From Syntrophales bacterium (GTDB lineage: Bacteria; Desulfobacterota; Syntrophia; Syntrophales; UBA6807): 64,000 bases of DNA. This document shows positions 36,558 to 48,183 of this stretch, piece after piece (position 1 is the first letter of the stretch; each line of letters starts with the position of its first letter). Made by a program: the position numbers and the translations under genes. The notes below the pieces were generated by a model. It was not told the origin of the DNA. It did no database searches and saw nothing but the letters and a program-made list of their open reading frames with translations. Location of the stretch: NCBI GenBank assembly GCA_040767195.1, contig JAXGPA010000003.1, forward strand, positions 64,001 to 128,000, written 5' to 3'.

Positions 36558-38120
36558 ATGCGTGTATTTCAGAACGCCCGCTTCATTTCCTGCGAGGAAA
36601 AAAACCGCGTTTTTTCCCTCATGGCCGTCGATGGGGGAAAGATCGTCCACACCGGTGACACCCTGCCGGAGAAATTCAGGGGGGCGGGACGGACCGATCT
36701 CGAAGGGGCGTCCGTCGTCCCCGCGTTCGCCGACACCCATATCCATTTCTCCTCTTTCAGCCTCTTTCACGCCGGCCTGGACTGCCGGGATGCCTCCGAT
36801 TTTTCCGACCTGAGACGTCTCGTTCTGGAATACGCAAAAGCGAACCCCCGCCGTAAAATGATCCTCGGCTTCGGGTGTTCCGCCCATTCGGTAAGGGAAA
36901 AGAGGCTGCCCGACCGGGAGGTCCTTGACGGCGTCACCTCCCGGCCCCTTCTCATCGTCAAGTACGACGGTCACGGGGCGGTGGCCAACAGCGCCCTCAT
37001 CGCGTCTCTTCCCCGGGACGTGACGGCCGCCCGGGGCTGCCAGGAAAGCGCGGGCTGGTTTTACCAGGAAGCGTTTTTCCGTCTTGTCGATGGGATCACC
37101 CGCTCGATAAACCTCGGCGATGTTTTCAAAAACCTCATCCAGGGGAGTCATTTCATGGCCTTGAGGGGCATCGGCCTGATCCACACGGTGGAGGGGGTCG
37201 GGTTTCCCCGGGACCTCGATGTGGACATGATGCGTTTCGCCGCCCGGGGGCTCCCCCAGGAATTCCGTATTTATTTTCAGACCCTGGATTCTGGAAAAGT
37301 CCTCCGCAGAAAAATGCCCCGCATCGGCGGCTGCTTCGCCACGGCCCTGGATGGGTGTTTCGGTTCCGAAGACGCCGCATTGAGGGAACCCTACCAGAAT
37401 GATCGGGCGAACAGGGGCGTCTTGTTCTACACCGGTGAACAGGTCGACGCCTTCGTCAGACAAGCAAACCGGGCCGGGCTCCAGGTGGCGGTTCACGCCA
37501 TAGGGGACGCCGCCGTCGATCAGGCCCTGGCGGCATTCGACGGGGCCTTGAAGGTCCACCCCCGGGAAGATCACCGTCACACCATCATACACGGCTGTCT
37601 CATGGATCCGGGACAGATCGAACGGGCGGCCCGTCTTGGGGTTCACCTGGCCGTTCAGACCCCGTTTCTCCACTGGAACCTGGAACCCCTGTCCTACCTT
37701 GAAAGCCTGCTGGGGGCGAGAACCGTAAACCTCTCGCCCCTCAAATCCATGGTCGACGCCGGGCTGCGGCCCGGAAACGGGTCCGACGCTCCCTGTACCG
37801 TGCCCGACCCCGTCCGCGGCATCTGGGCGGCCTGCAACCACCCCAACCCATCTGAAAGCCTGACCGTCCTCGACTCTCTGCGGATGCACACCCTGTGGGC
37901 CGCCCGGCTCTCCTTCGACGAAAAGGAAAGAGGGAGCCTGACGGAGGGGAAGCGGGCCGATTTCACCGTCCTCGACAGAAACCCCCTGGAAATCCCCGTC
38001 GCCGATCTCGATCAAATCCGGGTTCAGGACCTGTATCTCGAGGGAGAGCGCTATGTCACCCCGCCTGCAGGCCCTCTCGATCTCGCCGTGGCCTGCCTCC
38101 GGGGTCGGAAACAGCCTTAA
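36558..38120 (+). CDS. Amidohydrolase 3 (YtcJ-like)
   Basis: PAFADTHIH, GHGAVANS, DGCFGS, HAIGD, GSDAP, GKRADF. Confidence 0.92.
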   Translation: MRVFQNARFISCEEKNRVFSLMAVDGGKIVHTGDTLPEKFRGAGRTDLEGASVVPAFADTHIHFSSFSLFHAGLDCRDASDFSDLRRLVLEYAKANPRRKMILGFGCSAHSVREKRLPDREVLDGVTSRPLLIVKYDGHGAVANSALIASLPRDVTAARGCQESAGWFYQEAFFRLVDGITRSINLGDVFKNLIQGSHFMALRGIGLIHTVEGVGFPRDLDVDMMRFAARGLPQEFRIYFQTLDSGKVLRRKMPRIGGCFATALDGCFGSEDAALREPYQNDRANRGVLFYTGEQVDAFVRQANRAGLQVAVHAIGDAAVDQALAAFDGALKVHPREDHRHTIIHGCLMDPGQIERAARLGVHLAVQTPFLHWNLEPLSYLESLLGARTVNLSPLKSMVDAGLRPGNGSDAPCTVPDPVRGIWAACNHPNPSESLTVLDSLRMHTLWAARLSFDEKERGSLTEGKRADFTVLDRNPLEIPVADLDQIRVQDLYLEGERYVTPPAGPLDLAVACLRGRKQP

Positions 38121-38272
38121 AAAGCTTTATCTCCCAAGGATTTTCTAAAAAACATACGGGAAACCTGTCTGATAAAAGAAAGAGAGGAATCTAACATTTC
38201 ATAGAGGCTTTTTTATAACGCTTCAATCCATATGGTCTTTTATGCTCTCACATTCCGTCATTACTTCTTTTC

Positions 38273-38309
38273 TTGACAGAAAAAGAAAGTCGTCATACAA
38301 ATTGACGAC
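38273..38309 (+). promoter_or_regulatory. Sigma70 promoter with an operator palindrome around the -10
   Basis: TTGACA-17 bp-TACAAA; GTCGTCA-N7-TGACGAC (38289-38309). Confidence 0.55.
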
Positions 38310-38344
38310 AGAAGATTATCTTTTCCGTAAAGAGGGAGGGGAAT

Positions 38345-38545
38345 ATGAGCGTTGACGACAAAGGGGCGGGTCTTGCAGAAATGATCAAGAAGGCCATCGA
38401 GGACGGGGAACTGACGACGAGCGAATACGACCGGATCCTGGCTCTGGCGGACGCCGATAAAATCATCGATTCCTATGAAAGGAACCTCCTCACCCAGCTT
38501 CAGGAGCTTCTGGCGAACAAGACCGTAAAGAAGGTGTCAGGCTGA
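38345..38545 (+). CDS. Small hypothetical protein (66 aa)
   Basis: SD GGGAGG, own promoter and terminator; acidic helical sequence. Confidence 0.8.
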   Translation: MSVDDKGAGLAEMIKKAIEDGELTTSEYDRILALADADKIIDSYERNLLTQLQELLANKTVKKVSG

Positions 38546-38561
38546 AATCCCGATGGACTGC

Positions 38562-38591
38562 AAAAAAACCCGACTTCGTCGGGTTTTTTTT
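38562..38591. terminator. Bidirectional intrinsic terminator
   Basis: A7-CCCGAC-ttc-GTCGGG-T8 between convergent genes. Confidence 0.9.
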
Positions 38592-38724
38592 CGAGAGCGG
38601 GGATCAACAGCCACGTCCATCGGGCCATCCTTTCTTTGTATTTTTTCATACGGGGAAAATCGACCATATCCTTAAGATCCCGTGAAAAGCAAGATTCCGC
38701 AGAATCCTGGATACGATGAAGCGA

Positions 38725-39318
38725 TCAGGCGGGAGAAACACCGCCGTTCATCAGGGCCGTCAGCTCGTCGGGAGAGTAGGGCAGGTATCTGAAAAGACAC
38801 GCTTCCAGGATTTTTGTCCTCTCCCAGGTGTCGATAATCCGTTGAATGTCGCCGGGACTTCTTCCGTATCGTTCCAGGATATAGGTCATCCTTTCCTCGA
38901 GGGACGTGATTCTCTCGTGGAGAACTCTCTTGTCGGCATAGTTGACGATCTCCGCTTCACCGGGGACCCGCAGATCTTCATAGGAGGAAAGCCTGACGTG
39001 CTCACCGATGATTTTCCCGACCTCGGGATACCCCCGGCCTGCCAGAAGCTCCGCTCCGGTCCGGGCATGATCCTCCCCCGTCCGGAGACTTCTCGTCTTA
39101 GTGATGTCGTGAAGGAGAGAGGACGTCCGGACAAGATCCGTGTCCAGTAAAAGACCCTGCTCTTGAAGGGAAGCCGTCATAAAGAGGGCGACCCGGCAGA
39201 CCTGCCGGGAGTGTGCGACGATGTGTTTTATCATGCCCGTTTCCCTGATGAGGGCGAAACACGCCTCCTCCGTGAGAACGGGAATCTTCCTCTCCGCCCG
39301 GGGCATCAGGGATTCCAC
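38725..39318 (-). CDS. HD-domain phosphohydrolase
   Basis: AHS, LLHDITK, HA..G, HV, YADKR. Confidence 0.9.
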   Translation of the reverse strand: MESLMPRAERKIPVLTEEACFALIRETGMIKHIVAHSRQVCRVALFMTASLQEQGLLLDTDLVRTSSLLHDITKTRSLRTGEDHARTGAELLAGRGYPEVGKIIGEHVRLSSYEDLRVPGEAEIVNYADKRVLHERITSLEERMTYILERYGRSPGDIQRIIDTWERTKILEACLFRYLPYSPDELTALMNGGVSPA

Positions 39319-39321
39319 CGG

Positions 39322-40038
39322 TTAAGTCATCTCCGCCGAATCCGCCTTTTCGATGAGCAAGGTCGACGGGTCAAGAAAAAGCCGGACTGGGGGCATCTTC
39401 CCGGCAGGACCCTTGACCATTCTCACGGGAATCCGCTCACCGTCCGGCTGGAGAAGGATGAGGGTGTCGAAAAGGTCGGACACGGGATCCAGTGAAGCGG
39501 GGAGACCGCCTCCGGTCACACCGTCGTGCCGGTGGATGTGGGCGGTAAACCACAGGGCTACGGAAAACCGCGCCGCCAGGCCCTTGAGTGCCTCGAGCTT
39601 TTCCCGGACGGACGTGTCGAAGTGGAGACCGTCCATGATGATCATTTTCGGGTGAAAGATATCCTGGACGGTCAGATCGGTCAGTCTCTCCTCCAGCTTC
39701 GGGACGGTGAAACTGTCGATTTTGAACGTCATGATGAACCGGTGAGGCATGATTTCCTGCCACATGTCGTCGACCCGGGACATTTTGCTTTGGCGGGCCA
39801 TATTGACGAAGAGTTCCCGGTACCAGAGGTCGATCTTGTTCACGGGATCATGGAGGCTCACGTGGAGGACGTCAAAATCGTTGAGCATGGCGTGAAGGGC
39901 CACCTGGACGAGGAATGCCGTTTTCCCGACACCGGCCCTGGCGAGAACGGCCCCGAACCCCGGGGGCGGGAGCAGGTCTTCCGACGTGAAGCCGGCGTCC
40001 TGTATGGGGTGATGGGTGAGAAACTCTTTTTTCAGCAT
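39322..40038 (-). CDS. KaiC/RecA-like P-loop protein
   Basis: ARAGVGKT, VLHVSL, IIMDG. Confidence 0.8.
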   Translation of the reverse strand: MLKKEFLTHHPIQDAGFTSEDLLPPPGFGAVLARAGVGKTAFLVQVALHAMLNDFDVLHVSLHDPVNKIDLWYRELFVNMARQSKMSRVDDMWQEIMPHRFIMTFKIDSFTVPKLEERLTDLTVQDIFHPKMIIMDGLHFDTSVREKLEALKGLAARFSVALWFTAHIHRHDGVTGGGLPASLDPVSDLFDTLILLQPDGERIPVRMVKGPAGKMPPVRLFLDPSTLLIEKADSAEMT

Positions 40039-40128
40039 GTGCCTGCACCTGTCTTTTAAAAAAAGGATTTTACCGGGTCTGGCGGGGGAAACCAACAGGG
40101 TCATGGACGATACGGTTTTCCTTCCCTG

Positions 40129-42216
<2,088 letters not shown>

Positions 42217-42235
42217 GTCCTTCTTTTTTTCCTTT

Positions 42236-42269
42236 AAAAAATAAAAACCCCCCGGAAGACGGAGAGTTT
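42236..42269 (-). terminator. Terminator-like hairpin inside the fusA leader
   Basis: Minus strand AAACTCTCCG-tcttc-CGGGGGGTTT followed by TTATTTTT. Confidence 0.5.
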
Positions 42270-42292
42270 CGACCGAAGCACGAATTTTGTGG

Positions 42293-42321
42293 CTTATAGC
42301 CTCACAGTCGCCATTTGTCAA
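42293..42321 (-). promoter_or_regulatory. fusA sigma70 promoter
   Basis: Minus strand TTGACA-17 bp-TATAAG. Confidence 0.6.
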
Positions 42322-42433
42322 GGGGTTTTTTTACGGAGAAAACCATTGCGGTGGAGAGCGGAAAAAAGATACAGTTGCCCTGCCTCACCCATGGAACCGA
42401 AGTATTTCGAAAAGGGGTCTTGCCGTGATAAGA

Positions 42434-43012
42434 ATGGAGCTTCGCGTTGCCGGAATCGGTCCCGTGACTTTCCAGAGAAGCCGCCGGGCCAGGAATCTGC
42501 GCATAACCGTGCAGCCCCTTCAGCCGGTTCGGGTGGTTCTCCCGCCGGGTGTTTCCCTTGAAAAGGGTAGAGACTTTCTACAATCCAAAAGGGCCTGGAT
42601 CGCCCGGCAGCTCAAAATACACGAGGAGGTCCTCAAACGGCATCAGTCGCTTTTGTCGTCCGTGAAGCCGGTGAATCCTGAAACGGCCCGGCGCCGGCTT
42701 GCCGACCGGCTGGAGGCGCTTGCCTCCCGGTTCGGTTTTTCCTACAAGAAGTGCCTGATCCGGCAACAAAAAACCTGCTGGGGCAGCTGCTCCGCGGAGA
42801 ACACCATCAGCCTGAACATCCATCTGGCGAAACTCCCGGCGAGTCTCGCCGATTATGTCATCCTTCACGAACTCATCCACACGCGCGTCAAGAGCCATGG
42901 ACCGGTCTTCTGGAAAGCCCTGGAGGACGTTCTTCCGGGCGCGAAAGAGCGAGCGGGGGAGTTGAAGAAATATTCCCCGGCATTGTTTTCCCTGAACGGG
43001 GACCCTGAGTAG
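42434..43012 (+). CDS. YgjP/DUF45 (M48-like) metal-dependent hydrolase
   Basis: QKTCWGSCS, DYVILHELIH, HGPVFW. Confidence 0.9.
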   Translation: MELRVAGIGPVTFQRSRRARNLRITVQPLQPVRVVLPPGVSLEKGRDFLQSKRAWIARQLKIHEEVLKRHQSLLSSVKPVNPETARRRLADRLEALASRFGFSYKKCLIRQQKTCWGSCSAENTISLNIHLAKLPASLADYVILHELIHTRVKSHGPVFWKALEDVLPGAKERAGELKKYSPALFSLNGDPE

Positions 43013-43021
43013 GTACCGGTC

Positions 43022-43903
43022 ATGACACCCCCTTGTGCCGTCCTGTGGGTTTTTGTGAGAGCCGCTTTATGGGTCTTTGTTCCCCTCGTGTTTTTTTTCT
43101 TCATCCTCTATCTGTTCCAGGGACGGTTTGTCTTTTTTCCCACGGCAGTCCTGGAGGGGACCCCGGCGGACAGGGGCCTTTCTTTCGAGGACATCCATTT
43201 CACCGCCGCCGATGGAACCCCTCTCTCGGGATGGTTCGTCCCCGGCGGCCGGGAGGGCCCGCCGCAAGGCACGGTTCTCTTCTGCCACGGCAATGCCGGC
43301 AACATATCCCACCGTGTGGAGTCCATCCTTCTTTTCCATGAAATGGACCTTGACGTGTTCATCTTCGATTACCGGGGATACGGCGGAAGCGCCGGGAAAC
43401 CCTCGGAAGAGGGCACCACGAGGGATGCCGAGGGAGCATGGCGCTACCTCACGGAGAGACGATCGATTCCCCCGGAGCGCATCGTTCTTTTCGGCCGATC
43501 CCTGGGCGGGTCCGTGGCGGCCTGCCTGGCCGCCAAAACAGCCCCGGCGGGCCTTATCGTCGAATCCGCCTTCACGTCAATTCCCGACCTGGCGGCCCAT
43601 CTCTATCCTTACCTGCCCATGCGCCCGATCCTGAAACTGCGCTTTCCCACCCGAAACTGCCTGCAGCGGGTCAGTTGCCCCGTTCTGGTTATCCACAGCC
43701 GGGATGATGAAATCATCCCGTTTCGCCATGGAAAGGCCCTTTATGAGGCCGCCGCCGGGCCTAAACGTTTTCTTGAAATCGGGGGCGGGCACAATGACGG
43801 GTTTTTCCTTTCCGAAAACGTTTACCGGGAGGGGTTGAAAGAATTTTTTCTTTTCCTGAGGGAGAAAGGGAGTTTCGGGACGAAAACCGGCACGGAACCG
43901 TGA
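43022..43903 (+). CDS. Membrane-anchored alpha/beta hydrolase
   Basis: HGNAGN, DYRGYG, GRSLGG, GGHND. Confidence 0.92.
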   Translation: MTPPCAVLWVFVRAALWVFVPLVFFFFILYLFQGRFVFFPTAVLEGTPADRGLSFEDIHFTAADGTPLSGWFVPGGREGPPQGTVLFCHGNAGNISHRVESILLFHEMDLDVFIFDYRGYGGSAGKPSEEGTTRDAEGAWRYLTERRSIPPERIVLFGRSLGGSVAACLAAKTAPAGLIVESAFTSIPDLAAHLYPYLPMRPILKLRFPTRNCLQRVSCPVLVIHSRDDEIIPFRHGKALYEAAAGPKRFLEIGGGHNDGFFLSENVYREGLKEFFLFLREKGSFGTKTGTEP

Positions 43904-43981
43904 AAAGCCATGACCGCCGCTTGACATTTTCATGGGCCGGGCATTACAAGAAAACGAAGCACGAAACCAAAGGAGAGGAAA

Positions 43982-44332
43982 ATGGAAAACTACAAGCTCG
44001 TTCAACCCGATGAAAGAAAGTGGGACCCCCATCCGCAACTGCCCGGCGTCGAGGTTTCCTACCTCTTGTCGAGACGGGAGGACAATGTCGATATGACAGG
44101 CGCCCTCGTTCACCTGCCCGTCGGGTCGGAACCGGCCAGGCACCTGCATGAAAACTCGGACGACATCCTTCTGGTTCTGAAGGGCAAGGCGAAGATGTGG
44201 GTTGATGGGGTCGGGGACGTGCCCCTGGTTCCGGGAACCTTTCTGAGAATCCCGAAAGGGACGCTTCACCAGCCCCATGACATCGAAGAAGATTTCATCG
44301 CCTATGACATCTGGTTTCCCGCGCTGGTCTGA
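43982..44332 (+). CDS. Cupin-domain protein
   Basis: HLHENSD...G...IPKGTLH. Confidence 0.88.
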   Translation: MENYKLVQPDERKWDPHPQLPGVEVSYLLSRREDNVDMTGALVHLPVGSEPARHLHENSDDILLVLKGKAKMWVDGVGDVPLVPGTFLRIPKGTLHQPHDIEEDFIAYDIWFPALV

Positions 44333-44374
44333 AAGGACAAAATCCAAGGACACAAACAAAAGGAGGCATACGTA

Positions 44375-45334
44375 GTGGAAGAAAAAATCAAGCTCCAACC
44401 CCTCGACAAAATAGAGATTCTCACGCTTCAGGACAATTATGTCGAGGTGACCGCCATGGACAACTCGGAGGTCGTCAAGCGGGCGACGGCCATCCAGGAC
44501 AATAAAATTCAAAGGTCCATCAGCGCCGAGCACGGGTTTAGCGCCGTCGTGAGGGCCCACGGAAGTTCCGGTGTGAGGACCCTCCTTTTCGATTTCGGTT
44601 TTTCCGAGAAAGGCGCCGCCGAAAACGCGAAACGTCTCGGTGTGGACATGACGGAAGTCGAAGCCATGGTCCTTTCCCACGGTCACAGCGACCACACGGG
44701 CGGCATCGAAACCCTGACGGGGATGATAGGGAAGAAGGGCATCGAACTGTTCCTTCATCCCGGCGCGTTCCGGTCGTCGAGACATCTCAAGTTCCCCGGG
44801 GGGCTTGAGTTTGCGTTTCCCGAATTTACCCGGGAACGGCTGGAGAAGGCGGGCGTCCGGATTGTCGCATCCGAACGGCCCCGCCTCCTGCTCGACGGGA
44901 CCGTTCTCTACCTGGGGGAGATCGAGAGGACGTCCGATTTCGAGCGCGGCATGCCCAACGCTTTCCGCCGGGAAGAGGGGGGTGAGACCTGGGACCCCAT
45001 CGAGGACGACACCGCCGTGGCTTTCCATCTTCGGGGGAAGGGGCTCGTGGTCCTGTCGGGATGCTCCCATTCGGGGATCGTGAACACCGTCACCTACGCG
45101 CGCAAGATTACGGGGATCGAAAAAGTTCACGCCGTCATGGGGGGGTTCCACCTTTCCGGTCCGGCCTTCGAATCCATCGTCCCCAGGACGACGGAAGAAC
45201 TGAAAAAGATGAACCCGGCCTACGTTATCCCCTGCCACTGCACGGGACGGAAACCCATCCATTACATGGAAAAGGAAATGCCCGAGGCTTTCATCATGAA
45301 CATGGCGGGAACGCGCCTCACCTTTCGAGCCTGA
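44375..45334 (+). CDS. MBL-fold metallo-hydrolase
   Basis: AEHGFS, LFDFG, SHGHSDHTGG, SGCSHSG, GGFHL, PCHCTG. Confidence 0.92.
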   Translation: MEEKIKLQPLDKIEILTLQDNYVEVTAMDNSEVVKRATAIQDNKIQRSISAEHGFSAVVRAHGSSGVRTLLFDFGFSEKGAAENAKRLGVDMTEVEAMVLSHGHSDHTGGIETLTGMIGKKGIELFLHPGAFRSSRHLKFPGGLEFAFPEFTRERLEKAGVRIVASERPRLLLDGTVLYLGEIERTSDFERGMPNAFRREEGGETWDPIEDDTAVAFHLRGKGLVVLSGCSHSGIVNTVTYARKITGIEKVHAVMGGFHLSGPAFESIVPRTTEELKKMNPAYVIPCHCTGRKPIHYMEKEMPEAFIMNMAGTRLTFRA

Positions 45335-45426
45335 GGAAAAGACGGCGGCATTCGGCTTAGCGACAGTCCCTTTCGTCGGCGGCTTGATACAAAGATTTCC
45401 AAGGCCTGTGGCGTCTCACGGGGATC

Positions 45427-46206
45427 TTACTTCTTTTTTCCAAGGAACCGGGCCAGGCTGTCGTACTGGGGCGGCATGGCCGGCTCGCACAAAATGTTGA
45501 GCGCCGGAGTGGGTACGCGGTTGGCCCCGGCCCTGTGGCTTTCCTCCAGGCCCCGGGCGAAGCTCCCGAAGAGGCTTTTCGGCACGGCAAAACTCATCTC
45601 GAAGTCCTGGGTTCCCGCGAAGGCCCTTTCCCCGCCCCCGGGGAGGATCACCTGGTACCGACCCGTCACGATGGGGAGAATAATCTCGTACCCGCAGTTG
45701 GCGCGGCCGGGGAAGGAAGAGGCGACGGGTTCCCCCGTCTGCCAGAGAGCGCCCTGAACGCAGCGGGCGATCTGTGACGGCATGCCGTAGATGACGGCGA
45801 CGTCAGGATCGAAATCGGCGCGCCCGCCCCCGGCGATGATGATCGTTTGGGCTTTCCCCTGGGGAAGCTGGGGCATGGCGTTTTGAAGGCTTATGCCTCC
45901 TTCCGGTGTTTCCGTGTAAAGGGGGCAGGCGATCTCGCCGTCCATTTCAGGAGGGCGTTTGCCGCCGAAGCCGAAAAAAGACATCCCCACGGCACACCCC
46001 CAATCCTCCTCGTGAAAGGCGATTTTCCAGCCGAACCGCCGGGCCAGGGCGATGCCCTGGCAGAGGGCCAGGGAATGGCCGAACGCCGAAAGGGGGGTTC
46101 GGGCCTTCGGGACCGCCTCCTTTCTGTCAAGGACGGCCACGGCCACCGGAAACGTGAGCGGTTTCACGTACCGGTCCACTGTTTCGCACAAATTCTTCCA
46201 TTCCAT
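45427..46206 (-). CDS. DUF169-family protein
   Basis: FPVAV, LCQGIALARR, WGCA, PDVAVIYG.PSQ, ANC, PGGGER. Confidence 0.8.
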   Translation of the reverse strand: MEWKNLCETVDRYVKPLTFPVAVAVLDRKEAVPKARTPLSAFGHSLALCQGIALARRFGWKIAFHEEDWGCAVGMSFFGFGGKRPPEMDGEIACPLYTETPEGGISLQNAMPQLPQGKAQTIIIAGGGRADFDPDVAVIYGMPSQIARCVQGALWQTGEPVASSFPGRANCGYEIILPIVTGRYQVILPGGGERAFAGTQDFEMSFAVPKSLFGSFARGLEESHRAGANRVPTPALNILCEPAMPPQYDSLARFLGKKK

Positions 46207-46348
46207 GGTCACCTCTCCTTTTGTTTTTTGCCGTTGACCATAACACGGAACGAAAAGGGAAGGAAAGCGCCGGCAGTGTGATTTTTTTCGTGAAACGGGA
46301 CGAATTTGAGGGTAATATGACGGCAGCTTAATGGAGGAGGTTTAAATA

Positions 46349-46852
46349 ATGAAGAAAACCGGAATGATCGCCATTGGGGTCCTCATCGTGGCGATTTTAA
46401 TGCCGTTTACGGTCGTTTCGGGAGGCGGCGGGATGGAGGATGAGGTGTTTTACAACGACAGGGGCCTCACCCACTACAACAGGGCCTATTATGATTTCCT
46501 GGCGTCGGGTAGGACGGCGCTGGCGGACGAGGCGTTCGAAAAGGCCGCCGCCGACTTCCGGGAAGCCATCAGGATCAACGGTGACTTCGTCGAGGCCTAT
46601 CGCAACCTGGGCCGGGTGTACACGGTCCAGAAGAAGGACGACCTGGCCGTTGAAGCTTACAGGAAGGTGGTAGCCCTGGATCCGGAAAACGTGGAAAACT
46701 ACCTCCCCCTGGCATCGTCCCTGCAAAGGGCCGGGCAATGCGGCGAGGCCCGGGACGTCCTGGCCCGGGCGAAATCCCTCACCGCGGACCCTGCGGTTCG
46801 AGACGCCCTGGACAAGATGATCGAAAAAATGAAGGATCTGGGGGAGCGTTGA
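46349..46852 (+). CDS. Secreted TPR protein
   Basis: N-terminal signal/TM; AYRNLGRVY...A...YRKVVALDP repeats. Confidence 0.85.
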   Translation: MKKTGMIAIGVLIVAILMPFTVVSGGGGMEDEVFYNDRGLTHYNRAYYDFLASGRTALADEAFEKAAADFREAIRINGDFVEAYRNLGRVYTVQKKDDLAVEAYRKVVALDPENVENYLPLASSLQRAGQCGEARDVLARAKSLTADPAVRDALDKMIEKMKDLGER

Positions 46853-48183
46853 TGAAGCGGTTATTGAAATTATTCCGGAGAGGCGTCACTATCATCGGCT
46901 GTTTTCTGATCCTTTCGTCGCTTTTTTTCACGTACGGGGGCGCGGCGGAGGCGGCGAATCCCGAAGGTGCCTATTACAGTGCCGTTAACAACCGGGTTTT
47001 CTGGTTCGTTGTCGCCGCCGACACCCATGTCGGCAAGAAAAACGGCCAGGGTGAGGCGAACCTCCAGTGGCTTCTGACAGAGGGCCGAACGGTCATCGAC
47101 CCTTCCTTCATCGTCCTGGCGGGGGACCTCACCGATTCCAGCAACGGAGGGCTTTACCCCAACGGACCGTGGCTCGAGGAGTGGATCCGCTACCGGAACA
47201 CCGTGGATGGGGCGGGGGCGACAGCGGACTATTTTTTCGACGTCCCGGGAAACCATGACGAATACAACGACGGCGGCCTGTCCTTTTACCGGAATCATTC
47301 CGTTCAGGGCCGGGCCACGGGACAGACCCAGGCCTCGTGGACCCGGACGTTTTCCTTCGGCACCTATCATTTCATAACCGCCTGCACGGCCGGTAACGAC
47401 GGGGCCCCTTTCAGCATTTTTCCCCCGACCTTCGGAGATCACGCAGGGCTTGACGACGGGGAGATCAATTTCATCGAAAACGCCCTGGAACTCAACAAGG
47501 ACGCCGAACTCAGTCTCATCTTCGGTCATCACCCCCTGGTGAAACCGGAACTGTCCCCGGAAAACTGGACGGACACGGCCCTGACCTACGGGCTTGAAGC
47601 GTTTACCGGGCTCATGGACCAGTACGGGGTGTCGCTCTACGGTTACGGTCACACCCACATCTACCAGGAGCAGTTTTTCGTGGAGGACATGACGGAAGGG
47701 GTCATTTACCTTAATACGACGGCCCTGGGGGAAGTGAAAGACAACGCCTACGCCCTCGTGGCCGTGGACTGCAATGGAATTTCCCTGCGCAGCCAGCCCG
47801 TCGGGAGCTGGCCCCTCGTCCTCATAACGGCCCCCCTGGACCCGAATCTCGGCATGGAAAAGGATCCTTACACATACGACATTCCCCGGGTCGGGCCGGG
47901 AAACCCCGTCCGGGCCCTGGTCTTCGACATCAATCCCGTCCTTTCCGTGGAATACCGAATCGGCGGGCAGGGGAGCTGGCTCCCCATGACACCCGTTCCC
48001 GGAAATTCCCGTCTGTGGGAAGCCGAGGCCTCGGTCGACCTGGCCGACCAGTCTCATATCGTCGAGGTTCGGGCGACAGGGTCGACCATCCAGTATGACC
48101 GGATTCCCACGGGAGACCCCCCGGAGCCGGTGGAGGAAGAAGGGGGGAAGGGCTGCTTTATCAGGACGATCGGGGGGCGATGA
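46852..48183 (+). CDS. Secreted calcineurin-like metallophosphoesterase with C-terminal GCFI motif
   Basis: ADTHVG, GDLTD, PGNHD, GHHP, GHTH; ends GGKGCFIRTIGGR. Confidence 0.88.
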   Translation: MKRLLKLFRRGVTIIGCFLILSSLFFTYGGAAEAANPEGAYYSAVNNRVFWFVVAADTHVGKKNGQGEANLQWLLTEGRTVIDPSFIVLAGDLTDSSNGGLYPNGPWLEEWIRYRNTVDGAGATADYFFDVPGNHDEYNDGGLSFYRNHSVQGRATGQTQASWTRTFSFGTYHFITACTAGNDGAPFSIFPPTFGDHAGLDDGEINFIENALELNKDAELSLIFGHHPLVKPELSPENWTDTALTYGLEAFTGLMDQYGVSLYGYGHTHIYQEQFFVEDMTEGVIYLNTTALGEVKDNAYALVAVDCNGISLRSQPVGSWPLVLITAPLDPNLGMEKDPYTYDIPRVGPGNPVRALVFDINPVLSVEYRIGGQGSWLPMTPVPGNSRLWEAEASVDLADQSHIVEVRATGSTIQYDRIPTGDPPEPVEEEGGKGCFIRTIGGR

